Of a stretch of 64,000 nucleotides of DNA, positions 25,425 to 33,678 are shown in pieces (within the stretch, counting starts at the first letter, position 1; each line of letters starts with the position of its first letter). The notes below the pieces were generated by a model. The model did no database searches, was not told the origin of the DNA, and saw only the letters and a list, made by a program, of their open reading frames with translations. Origin of the DNA: Spirochaetota bacterium (GTDB lineage Bacteria; Spirochaetota; UBA4802; UBA5550); the NCBI GenBank assembly GCA_041749375.1, contig JBGTBN010000035.1:7016-71015 (forward strand). The letters are read 5' to 3'. Position numbers and translations under genes: made by a program.

Positions 25425-26420
25425 ATGAACAAGGCAGTTGAATTGAAACAGGGACAGAACGAGCTTTTTGCCGATCCCGATGCCGACAGGGCCAGGGAGT
25501 TTTTCAGGCACAAGTCCCGCGCCATGGTGAACAAGGTCACCACCGCGCAGGAAGCGGTAAAGAACCTACTCCATGACGGCGATTACCTCGCGATCGGCGG
25601 ATTCGGGGCAAACAGGATACCCACGGCGATCTTGCACGAGATCGTTCGCCAGAAAAAGAAAAACCTGGCCTTCGCGGGCCATACGGCAACGCATGACATG
25701 CAGATCCTGATAGCGGGGGAATGCATCGATCGGCTGGACATAGCCTACATCATCGGCCTCGAGGCGCGGGGCCTTTCACCCAGCTCGCGCCGTGCTGTCG
25801 AGAGCGGTAAAATCAAGCTGACGGAATGGACCAACGCGACGCTGTCATGGCGGATCAAGGCGGCGGCCATGGGCCTCTCCTTCCTGCCGGCGCGGAACAT
25901 CCTCGGCACCGATACCTTCAAGTACAGCGCGGACAAGGAGATCCTCTGTCCCTTCACCGGGCAGAAGTATGTGGCGCATCCGGCGCTCTACCCGGATTTT
26001 GCCGCCATTCACGTGCACGAGTGCGACGTCTACGGGAACGCGCACGTGTACGGCGCCTCGGTGTCCGACCAGGACCTGGCCAAGGCGTCCAGGCGGGTGG
26101 TCCTCACCACCGAGAAGCTCATCCCGAACGAGGAGATCAGGCGCCAGCCGCATGCGACCTTTATTCCCTTCTGGTGCGTCGACGCGGTCGTCGAGGTGCC
26201 CTACGGCAGCTACCCGGGCAACATGCCCTACGAGTATTTCTCGGACGAGGAATACCTGAAGCAGTGGCTGAACATCGAGAAGGACCCGGCGGAATTTGAA
26301 AAATTCTTCAAGAAGCAGGTGCTGGACACGAAAAATTTCAACGAATACCTGGAGCTGAACGGCGGCATTGAGAAGATCCTCAAGCTGCGCGCCATCGAGC
26401 ACCTGATTGACAAGAAATAA
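25425..26420 (+). CDS. Family I CoA-transferase, subunit A (glutaconate CoA-transferase-like)
   Basis: DGDYLAIGGFGANRIPTAILHEI..LAFAGHT is a typical alpha-subunit N-terminal region. Confidence 0.85.
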   Translation: MNKAVELKQGQNELFADPDADRAREFFRHKSRAMVNKVTTAQEAVKNLLHDGDYLAIGGFGANRIPTAILHEIVRQKKKNLAFAGHTATHDMQILIAGECIDRLDIAYIIGLEARGLSPSSRRAVESGKIKLTEWTNATLSWRIKAAAMGLSFLPARNILGTDTFKYSADKEILCPFTGQKYVAHPALYPDFAAIHVHECDVYGNAHVYGASVSDQDLAKASRRVVLTTEKLIPNEEIRRQPHATFIPFWCVDAVVEVPYGSYPGNMPYEYFSDEEYLKQWLNIEKDPAEFEKFFKKQVLDTKNFNEYLELNGGIEKILKLRAIEHLIDKK

Positions 26421-26431
26421 GGAGGAGAGAA

Positions 26432-27202
26432 ATGGCAGACTACAATCCGATGGAATTAATGATATGCGTTGCCGCGCGCAATCTCGAGGACGGGGCCACC
26501 GTCGTCGTGGGCACCGGCGCGCCCTGCGCGGCCGCCATGCTCGCGCAGAAAACGCACTCACCCAACCTCACGATCATGTTCGAGGCGGGCGGCGTCGCGC
26601 CGATCCTCCCCTCGATGCCGATATCGGTGGGCGATTCGCGGACCTTTCACCGCGCGATCCTGGCCAGCTCCATGCCCGACATCATGGAGACCTGCCAGCG
26701 CGGGATGGTGGACTATACCTTCCTGGGCGGCGCGCAGATCGACATGTACGGGAACATCAACTCGACCATGATCGGCGACGACCACGCGAAGCCCAAGGTC
26801 CGCTTCCCGGGATCGGGCGGGGCGAACGACCTGGCGAGCCTCTGCTGGCGGACGATGATGATGACGCCGCAGGACGCGAAGCGTTTCACGGAAAAGATCA
26901 ACTTCATCACCTCGCCTGGCTACCTGCAGGGCGGCAACTCCCGCTACGAGGCGGGCCTGCCCAAGGGCACCGGCCCCTACAGGATCATCACCAACATGGC
27001 GATCATGGGTTTCGACGAGGAGACCAAGTGGATGAAGGTGCTGAACGTTAACCCGGGCTACAGCCGGAAGGACATACAGGACAACTGCGGGTTCGAGTTG
27101 AAGTGGGCGGAAAAGCTTGTCGATACCGATCCCCCGCACGCGGACGAGCTGCGGATCCTCCGCGAAGAGGTAGACCCGCACCGGTATATCATAGGGAGAT
27201 AG
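26432..27202 (+). CDS. Family I CoA-transferase, subunit B
   Basis: VVVGTGAPCAAAMLAQ..IMFEAGGV has Glu where the catalytic Glu of the ESG/SENG motif is expected. GSGGANDL is also present. Confidence 0.85.
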   Translation: MADYNPMELMICVAARNLEDGATVVVGTGAPCAAAMLAQKTHSPNLTIMFEAGGVAPILPSMPISVGDSRTFHRAILASSMPDIMETCQRGMVDYTFLGGAQIDMYGNINSTMIGDDHAKPKVRFPGSGGANDLASLCWRTMMMTPQDAKRFTEKINFITSPGYLQGGNSRYEAGLPKGTGPYRIITNMAIMGFDEETKWMKVLNVNPGYSRKDIQDNCGFELKWAEKLVDTDPPHADELRILREEVDPHRYIIGR

Positions 27203-27292
27203 GCCCCGGCCCCCGCCCATCCTCCCCCGAACGCGGGGGAGGTGGCCGCAGGCCGGAGGCGGGATGAGGTAATATTACAAAGGAGAGCAATC

Positions 27293-27757
27293 ATGGCCGA
27301 TCAATTCAAAGGCATTGAACCGATGGTGTATAATAGCAAGATAAACGTACCCTATTCATGGTGGGCCGGTGATACCGCCTCCAGGTTCTTTATCTCGCTC
27401 AGGGATGAGAAGAAAATCATCGCCACCCGATGCGGAACGTGCAAGAAAACGTTTCTTCCGCCCCGGAAGTCGTGCCCGACCTGCTTCACCGAGAACACGG
27501 AATGGGTGAATGTTTCCGATGAGGGGACGGTGCTTGCCTTTACGGTGGCGCGCCGCCAGTTCGCGTCGATCCCCGGCGATAAAAAGGTCCCGGTCATATG
27601 GGCGCTGATCAAGCTAGAGGGAGCTGACACGGCCCTGCTTCATTACCTTGACGAAGTGAAGCCGGAAGACGTAAAAATCGGCATGCGCGTGAAAGCGGTC
27701 TTCCCAGAAGAGCGGAAGGCCACCATCCGCGACATCTCGCATTTCAAACCGGTGTAA
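27293..27757 (+). CDS. DUF35 Zn-ribbon/OB-fold protein
   Basis: AGGAGA SD. CGTCKKTFLPPRKSCPTC, and an OB-fold ending RDISHFKPV. Confidence 0.85.
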   Translation: MADQFKGIEPMVYNSKINVPYSWWAGDTASRFFISLRDEKKIIATRCGTCKKTFLPPRKSCPTCFTENTEWVNVSDEGTVLAFTVARRQFASIPGDKKVPVIWALIKLEGADTALLHYLDEVKPEDVKIGMRVKAVFPEERKATIRDISHFKPV

Positions 27758-27760
27758 AGA

Positions 27761-27904
27761 GCGTGTCCCGTAACGGGACGCGCTCGCTGCGGTACAGGAA
27801 GTACCGCCATTTTCCGAAGCAGTGCTGAGGAAAATGAAGGCTTTCGGGAGCTTTGCTTTCGAAAGCCGTTATCCCAAAACTACATGGATGTAGGTTTTGG
27901 GATA
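27761..27904 (+). other. Array of five consecutive stem-loops in the DUF35/thiolase intergenic region
   Basis: Stems at 27761-83, 27789-807, 27808-36, 27839-67 and 27870-904, the last with 16-nt arms. The array ends 8 nt before the AAGGAG SD of ORF 27926. Confidence 0.55.
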
Positions 27905-27925
27905 TAAATGACAAGGAGCGCAGAT

Positions 27926-29071
27926 ATGGACAGAGCAGCGATAATCGGCGTCGGAATGACGAAGATAGAGAAGAACAAGGTACGGGACACCTTTGCCGAC
28001 ATGGCATGGGAGGCCGTGAACAAGGCCCTTGACGATGCGGGCATGACCATCGACGACATCGACAATGTCGTCACCACGTCGAGCGACTTCTGGGACGGCA
28101 GGACTATCTCCTGCATGGCCGTGGGAGACGCCAGCGGCGCAGCGCACAAGAACGTTTCCTGCGTCGAGGGTGACGGCACCTACGGCGCTTTTTACGGCAT
28201 GACAAGGAGCCTTTCGGGCTCGTACAAGACGACCCTGGTGACGGGCCATTCCAAGGGCTCGCAGAGCGTGTCGAGCCTCATCACCAACTCTGCCTTTGAT
28301 CCGATCTACGAGCGGGGACTGGGCATGGACATGGTCACCGCGTGCGCGATGCAGGCGAACGCGTACATGCACCGTACCGGGACAACGCCGGAGCAGATGG
28401 CGATGGTGTCGGTGAAGAACCACGGCAATGCGCTGAAGAACCCGCTTGCCCAGCTCCCCATGAAGCTCACCGTCAGCGATGTGCTGAAATCCGAGATGAT
28501 TGCGGACCCGCTCCACAAGCTGGACTGCTCGCCCGTGTCGGATGGGTGCGCGGCGGTCATCATAGCGCACGAATCGGTTGCATCGAAGTTCAAACAGAAA
28601 CCGGTCTGGCTGAAGGGAGTCTCCTTCTGTGCCGACAGCTTTTTCTTCGGCGACCGGGACATCTCCCGCGCGAAATCGCTCACCGAGGCGGCGAAGAAAG
28701 CGTACGCCATGGCGGGGATAACGGACCCGAAAAAAGAGATCGATGTGGCGGAAGTATACGATGCCTTCACGTACCAGGAGCTCATGTGGCTCGAGGAGAT
28801 GGGGCTCGCGGACGACGCCACCGCCGGAAAGCTGCTCGAGAAGGGCGAATTCAACATGGACGGCAGGCTGCCGGTGAACGCGTCCGGGGGACTTCTCTCC
28901 GGGCACCCGGTCATAGCCGCCGGCCTCTACGGCATGGCGGCGGTTGCCCGGCAGATCCGGGGCGACGCGGGCGGCTTCCAGGTCATAAAGGCGAAGACTG
29001 GCCTGGTCCACGGCGTGAACGGCCTTGGCGGCCAGTCGCACTGCGTGTGGATTATGGGCAAGGACAAGTAG
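27926..29071 (+). CDS. Thiolase-fold protein, alpha-type, retains a Cys loop and the GHP motif
   Basis: AAGGAG SD. NVSCVEGDG, GHSKGS and NASGGLLSGHPVIAAG. Confidence 0.85.
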   Translation: MDRAAIIGVGMTKIEKNKVRDTFADMAWEAVNKALDDAGMTIDDIDNVVTTSSDFWDGRTISCMAVGDASGAAHKNVSCVEGDGTYGAFYGMTRSLSGSYKTTLVTGHSKGSQSVSSLITNSAFDPIYERGLGMDMVTACAMQANAYMHRTGTTPEQMAMVSVKNHGNALKNPLAQLPMKLTVSDVLKSEMIADPLHKLDCSPVSDGCAAVIIAHESVASKFKQKPVWLKGVSFCADSFFFGDRDISRAKSLTEAAKKAYAMAGITDPKKEIDVAEVYDAFTYQELMWLEEMGLADDATAGKLLEKGEFNMDGRLPVNASGGLLSGHPVIAAGLYGMAAVARQIRGDAGGFQVIKAKTGLVHGVNGLGGQSHCVWIMGKDK

Positions 29072-29081
29072 GAGGAATATC

Positions 29082-30239
29082 ATGGCCAAACGAGTTGCAA
29101 TAGTAGGAACGGGACAGACCTTCCATAAAAGCCATCGCCCCGACGTGAACGGCCAGGAGCTGATCAACGAGGCCGTCATGCGGGCCCTTCAGGATGCCGA
29201 CCTGAAGATGAAGGACATTGACGCGATCGTCATCGGCAACATGGACCATTTCGAGGGGATCAACTATGTCGACTGCTGGAGCGTTGACGGCTCGGGCGGG
29301 ACGATGAAGCCGATCATAAAGCTGACAACGGGCGGTACGACAGGGTGCACCGTGGCGATTGGCGGATACCACCTGGTCGGCTCCGGCATGTTCGACCGGG
29401 TGCTGATAATCGGGTGGGAGAAAAACTCCGAGTCCGACACCACGGGAGCAATCACCACGGCTTTCGATCCGATATGGGACCGCCAGGTGTTCGCCGGTGC
29501 GATCTCCGGCCTTGCGGCCGAGGCGCAGGCATACATAGCGCGGTACGGCGCGACCGACCGGGACGGCGCCCGGGTCTCGGTGCGCGACCGGAAGCACGCG
29601 ATGAACAACCCGCACGCGCAGCTCCGCAAGGAAGTCACCCTCGAGGAGGTGCTCGCTTCCCCGATGCTGGCCGACCCGATACACCTGCTGGACGTCTGTC
29701 CCCGGACCGACGGGGCCTGTGCAGTGATCATGGCGAGCGAAGACGTCGCGGAGAAGATCTGCCCCAAGCCGGACTGGATATGGGGGACGGCGGTGCGGCA
29801 CAGTTACTCGTACCTGGGCGACGCGGATTACGGCCGCCTCACCAGCATGCGCGAGGGATCGCAGGAGATGTTCAAGAAGGCGGGCATCAGGGAGCCGCGC
29901 AAGGAGCTTGACGTGATCGAGCTGTACCAGCCCTATTCGTTCGGCGGGCTCATATGGATCGAGGACATGGGGGTCGTGGGTCCGGGCGAGGCGCCGCAGT
30001 ACATCTGGGACGGCAATACCGACATGGGCGGCGAACTCCCCATCAACCCGTCGGGCGGGGTCATCGCGACCAACCCGATCGGTGCGACCGGGCTTATCCG
30101 CTGCGCGGAAGCGGCGATGCAGGTGATGGGCAAGGCGGAAGGCCGCCAGGTCCCGGACGTTAATTTCGCGTTCAGTAGCGGCTTCGGCGGGTGCTGGTGG
30201 ACGGACATGATTCTGCACGGCAAGAAAAAGCCGAACTGA
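29082..30239 (+). CDS. Thiolase-fold protein, beta-type, degenerate catalytic motifs
   Basis: AGGAGG SD. KLTTGGTTGCTV, IIGWEK, and NPSGGVIATNPIGATG with Asn in place of His. Confidence 0.85.
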   Translation: MAKRVAIVGTGQTFHKSHRPDVNGQELINEAVMRALQDADLKMKDIDAIVIGNMDHFEGINYVDCWSVDGSGGTMKPIIKLTTGGTTGCTVAIGGYHLVGSGMFDRVLIIGWEKNSESDTTGAITTAFDPIWDRQVFAGAISGLAAEAQAYIARYGATDRDGARVSVRDRKHAMNNPHAQLRKEVTLEEVLASPMLADPIHLLDVCPRTDGACAVIMASEDVAEKICPKPDWIWGTAVRHSYSYLGDADYGRLTSMREGSQEMFKKAGIREPRKELDVIELYQPYSFGGLIWIEDMGVVGPGEAPQYIWDGNTDMGGELPINPSGGVIATNPIGATGLIRCAEAAMQVMGKAEGRQVPDVNFAFSSGFGGCWWTDMILHGKKKPN

Positions 30240-30255
30240 CAACAGGAGGACGACA

Positions 30256-30720
30256 ATGGCCGAAAAGGACAACATAATCATCGAATCGGGTGATGCCGTG
30301 CAGCCCTTCAAGTATGCGGTCGGCATGTACGGAAGCAGGTTTTTCACCGAGTTGCGGGACAACCGGCGTATCATGGCGGTGAAATGCCCGAAGTGCAAGA
30401 AGGTCTATATCCCGCCGCGCGGCGTGTGCGGAGAGTGTTTCGTGGAGATGAACGACTGGGTCGAGGTGGGGCCGAAGGGAGTCATCGGGACCTTCACCAT
30501 CCTCCGGTTCGCGTTCATCGACCCGGAGACGGGCCACCAGAAGCCGGTGCCTTACGGCTATGGTTTCATCAAGCTCGACGGCGCGGATACGCTGTTCCAG
30601 CATTACATCAGCGTCGAGGACGAGAAGAAGATCAGGGTGGGCGCCCGCGTGGAGCCGGTTTTTTCGAAGGAGAGAAAAGGGAGCATACGTGACATCGAAT
30701 ACTTCAAAGTCATAGACTGA
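30256..30720 (+). CDS. DUF35 Zn-ribbon/OB-fold protein
   Basis: CPKCKKVYIPPRGVCGEC, and an OB-fold ending RDIEYFKVID. Confidence 0.85.
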   Translation: MAEKDNIIIESGDAVQPFKYAVGMYGSRFFTELRDNRRIMAVKCPKCKKVYIPPRGVCGECFVEMNDWVEVGPKGVIGTFTILRFAFIDPETGHQKPVPYGYGFIKLDGADTLFQHYISVEDEKKIRVGARVEPVFSKERKGSIRDIEYFKVID

Positions 30721-30725
30721 TATTA

Positions 30726-31613
30726 ATGAAGGAGACCGGGGAGATCGAGATAAACGCATCGCTTCGCACTGTGAAATGCGGCAACGCGGTCTGCGGCAGC
30801 ATCATAACGGGGACCGACAAGATACGGAGCGGATACGGGAACGGCGATTGCCTGTATTTCGATTTCAACCGCGGGGTGTTTGCGATTGCGGACGCAACGG
30901 AGCGGTTTCCCTGGGCATCGAGGGATCTTTTAAATCGATTATCGGAAGCTCTCACCCTGAGGGGAACCCCGGATTCTGCCGGCGGATGGAAGGACCTTGT
31001 CAACGATGATGTCTACGCCGCGCAGAAGTACCAGCACAAGACGACGTTCAGCTGCGTTGCGCTGGGCCGGGAGGGTGAGGGCAGGGGCATGATCATAGTC
31101 CATGGGGGCGACAGCGTGGTAACCGTATTGAACTCGACCGACGGGTCACTGCTGTACCAGACCGGCCCCGACATGAATTTCGCGGGAAGGAGCCTGGGGA
31201 TACCGGAGGTTTCAGAGCACCGGTTCGAGGACCCGGATGTCAGGGTCGTCATCACATCCGACGGATTCGGAGACCTTTTCAGGTTCTGCCTGCGGCAGGA
31301 GCTCATCACGGGCGTGTCGCAGGCCTTTGCAGGGAACACGCTGGCCGGCGTGTGCGGGAACATACATGAGGTTATTAGCAAAAACCGGGGCCGGTTCGAA
31401 CATGATGATATCGGCTTCATTCTCATCGACCCGTTCCGCACCGGCAACATCGCGGGGCCGAAGATACTCATCGGCGGAACACGGCCGAACGAGGAGAAGC
31501 GTTTCCTGGAAGGGTTCTCGTCAGGCCAGCATGACCGGTGGGTGCCCGCCGGTGAGTGGCGGGAGCACGAAGGCTTGTTTTCCGGAATCGGGATTACAGT
31601 TGCGGGGGGGTGA
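30726..31613 (+). CDS. Hypothetical protein (weak PP2C-like pattern)
   Basis: Starts 5 nt after the DUF35 stop. The blocks FAIADATERFPWAS, IVHGGDSVV and VVITSDGFGDLF are loosely PP2C/SpoIIE-like. No firm family call. Confidence 0.55.
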   Translation: MKETGEIEINASLRTVKCGNAVCGSIITGTDKIRSGYGNGDCLYFDFNRGVFAIADATERFPWASRDLLNRLSEALTLRGTPDSAGGWKDLVNDDVYAAQKYQHKTTFSCVALGREGEGRGMIIVHGGDSVVTVLNSTDGSLLYQTGPDMNFAGRSLGIPEVSEHRFEDPDVRVVITSDGFGDLFRFCLRQELITGVSQAFAGNTLAGVCGNIHEVISKNRGRFEHDDIGFILIDPFRTGNIAGPKILIGGTRPNEEKRFLEGFSSGQHDRWVPAGEWREHEGLFSGIGITVAGG

Positions 31614-31676
31614 CGCCTGGCTGCGGGGTTTGGCTGACGGGCGGACGGCAGAAACCAATGTGGAGAAGTTTCAGAT

Positions 31677-32285
31677 ATGAACGAGAGAAGCAAGAGCGAT
31701 ATCATTAATTTGAGGCGGGCCCAGCTGACCAGGGCCGCCTATAAGGTCGTAGGGCAGAAAGGGTATTACGACTTCACCATACGGGACATTGCCCGCGAGG
31801 CAGGTCTGTCAACTGGCCTGGTCCACTATTATTTCAAGAACAAGGAAGACTTGCTTCTGAATCTCTTAAAAGAGATCAACAGGAACATGCTGGTCGTCCT
31901 GAACAAGGCCATCAGCGCGTCCGATGACCCGAAGGAGAAGCTGAACATTTTCATGCACCAGGCCTTCAACCTGGTCAGGGATGAGAAAGACTACTTCTAT
32001 ATCGTTATCGATTTCTGGACGCAGGTAAACAAGAACGACCGGATGAAGAGGGCCAACACCAAGCTGTTCAAGAGCTACCGGGACGAGATCAGCAAGATAC
32101 TCAGAGAGGGTATCGAGAAGGGCGTGTTCATGAAAATGGACGTCGATTATACCTCTGCAGTGATCATATCGATCATCCAGGGCATGATCATACAGTACGT
32201 CATAGACACAAACGCGTTTGATTATGAGGATTACGCGAAGAAGCTGATGAAGCACGTTAACGACCTGGTCACCAAGAAGAAGTAG
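31677..32285 (+). CDS. TetR-family transcriptional regulator
   Basis: HTH RRAQLTRAAYKVVGQKGYYDFTIRDIAREAGLSTGLVHYYFKNKEDL. Confidence 0.9.
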   Translation: MNERSKSDIINLRRAQLTRAAYKVVGQKGYYDFTIRDIAREAGLSTGLVHYYFKNKEDLLLNLLKEINRNMLVVLNKAISASDDPKEKLNIFMHQAFNLVRDEKDYFYIVIDFWTQVNKNDRMKRANTKLFKSYRDEISKILREGIEKGVFMKMDVDYTSAVIISIIQGMIIQYVIDTNAFDYEDYAKKLMKHVNDLVTKKK

Positions 32286-32477
32286 GGGCCCCGGACGAGG
32301 ATGGGCAGCGGCCGATCTGGTGATCGGATTGCAGATGAGGGAAATGCTGTTGTATAAAGTTGGTTGAGCGTTCAACCGAAAAGAGACGGACCAGGGCGGT
32401 GGAAGATTCCGCGCTGATAACGATAAAAGGGGAGAGAGAATCCTCTCCAGATTAATAGATCATTACAGGAGGAACCC

Positions 32478-33629
32478 ATGGAATTCGGGTATACTGAAGA
32501 ACAAATGATGTTTCGAGACACCGTGTATCGATACGCTAAAAAAGAAATCACGCCACTCGTCGAGCAGGCCGATTTGAAATCGGAATTTTCCCGGGAAGTA
32601 TGGAGCAAGCTGGGCGGGATGGGGCTACTGGGCCTTCCGTTCCCCGAGGAACTGGGCGGTTCGGGCGCCGACGTCGTCACCTGCTGTCTTTCGGGCGAGG
32701 CCCTCGGCCATGCCGGTGTAGACCAGGGACACCTGCTTGCGCTGGGCGCGCACACCTACCTCTGCACGGACACTCTGTACAAGCACGGGAACGACGCGCA
32801 GAAGAAGAAATACATACCGAAGCTGGCCAGCGGCGAGTGGATCGGGTGTATGGGCCTCACCGAACCGGGCGCCGGGTCGGACGCCGGGTCGCTGCAGACA
32901 TCGGCGGTAAAAAAGGGGGACAAGTGGATCCTCAACGGGTCTAAGACCTTCATTACCAACGCGCCGGTGTGCGACGTGTGCGTCGTGTATGCAACCATCG
33001 ACAGGAAGCTGAAGCAGAACGGTATAACCGCATTCATTGTCGAGAAGGATTTCAAGGGTTTTTCCACGGGTGAGCCCTTTCACAAGATGGGTGTGCGGGC
33101 GTCCACCACATCCGAAGTGTTCCTTGACAATTGTGAAGTACCCGAGGAGAACCTGCTCGGAGAAGTGGGCAAGGGTATGGGATACACGCACGAAACACTC
33201 TCCTGGGACCGGAGCGCGCTCCTGGCGCCCTTCGTGGGAGGTATGCAGTTTGCCATAGAGGAATGCACCAAATATTCGCAGGAGCGGGTCCAGTTTGAAA
33301 AGCCGATCAACCAGTTCCAGGCAATCCAGCACAAGCTTGCAGAACTGAAGATCATCAAGGAAGCGGCCCGGATGGCGGTGTACCGCGTCGCCCACGACAA
33401 GGACACGGGCAAGCCCCTCAACCATATGCACACGTCCATAGCGAAGGCGATAGTCGGCGATTGGGGCATGAAAGCGGCCAGCGAGGCGGTCCAGGTCTTC
33501 GGAGGCTACGGCTTCATCCATGATTATCCAATCGAGCGGTTTCTCAGGGACGCCAAGCTGGGTCAGATCGGCGGCGGGACTTCCGAGATACAGCGGTTTA
33601 TTATTTCCCGGATATTAAGCATGTTCTAG
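32478..33629 (+). CDS. Acyl-CoA dehydrogenase-fold protein lacking the MCAD-position catalytic Glu
   Basis: ACAD blocks CMGLTEPGAGSDA and FGGYGF. The C-terminal motif reads QIGGGTSEIQ where its neighbours have GEGT. Confidence 0.9.
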   Translation: MEFGYTEEQMMFRDTVYRYAKKEITPLVEQADLKSEFSREVWSKLGGMGLLGLPFPEELGGSGADVVTCCLSGEALGHAGVDQGHLLALGAHTYLCTDTLYKHGNDAQKKKYIPKLASGEWIGCMGLTEPGAGSDAGSLQTSAVKKGDKWILNGSKTFITNAPVCDVCVVYATIDRKLKQNGITAFIVEKDFKGFSTGEPFHKMGVRASTTSEVFLDNCEVPEENLLGEVGKGMGYTHETLSWDRSALLAPFVGGMQFAIEECTKYSQERVQFEKPINQFQAIQHKLAELKIIKEAARMAVYRVAHDKDTGKPLNHMHTSIAKAIVGDWGMKAASEAVQVFGGYGFIHDYPIERFLRDAKLGQIGGGTSEIQRFIISRILSMF

Positions 33630-33678
33630 GCAAGGGCCGGGAACAGGACAACCATACATCAGACAGGAGAATGACATT

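Noticed and set aside
25425-27202. The CoA-transferase A/B pair as an IpdAB-like ring-opening hydrolase
   Set aside because: The beta subunit retains a Glu in FEAGG where the catalytic Glu of family I transferases is expected, so a genuine transferase is the simpler reading. This cannot be resolved without alignment to IpdB.
27869-30398. Two long minus-strand ORFs (436 and 448 aa) antisense to thiolase-fold genes
   Set aside because: The + strand products have clear thiolase-fold blocks and SD sequences. The minus-strand translations are Arg/His/Val-rich with no recognisable domains.
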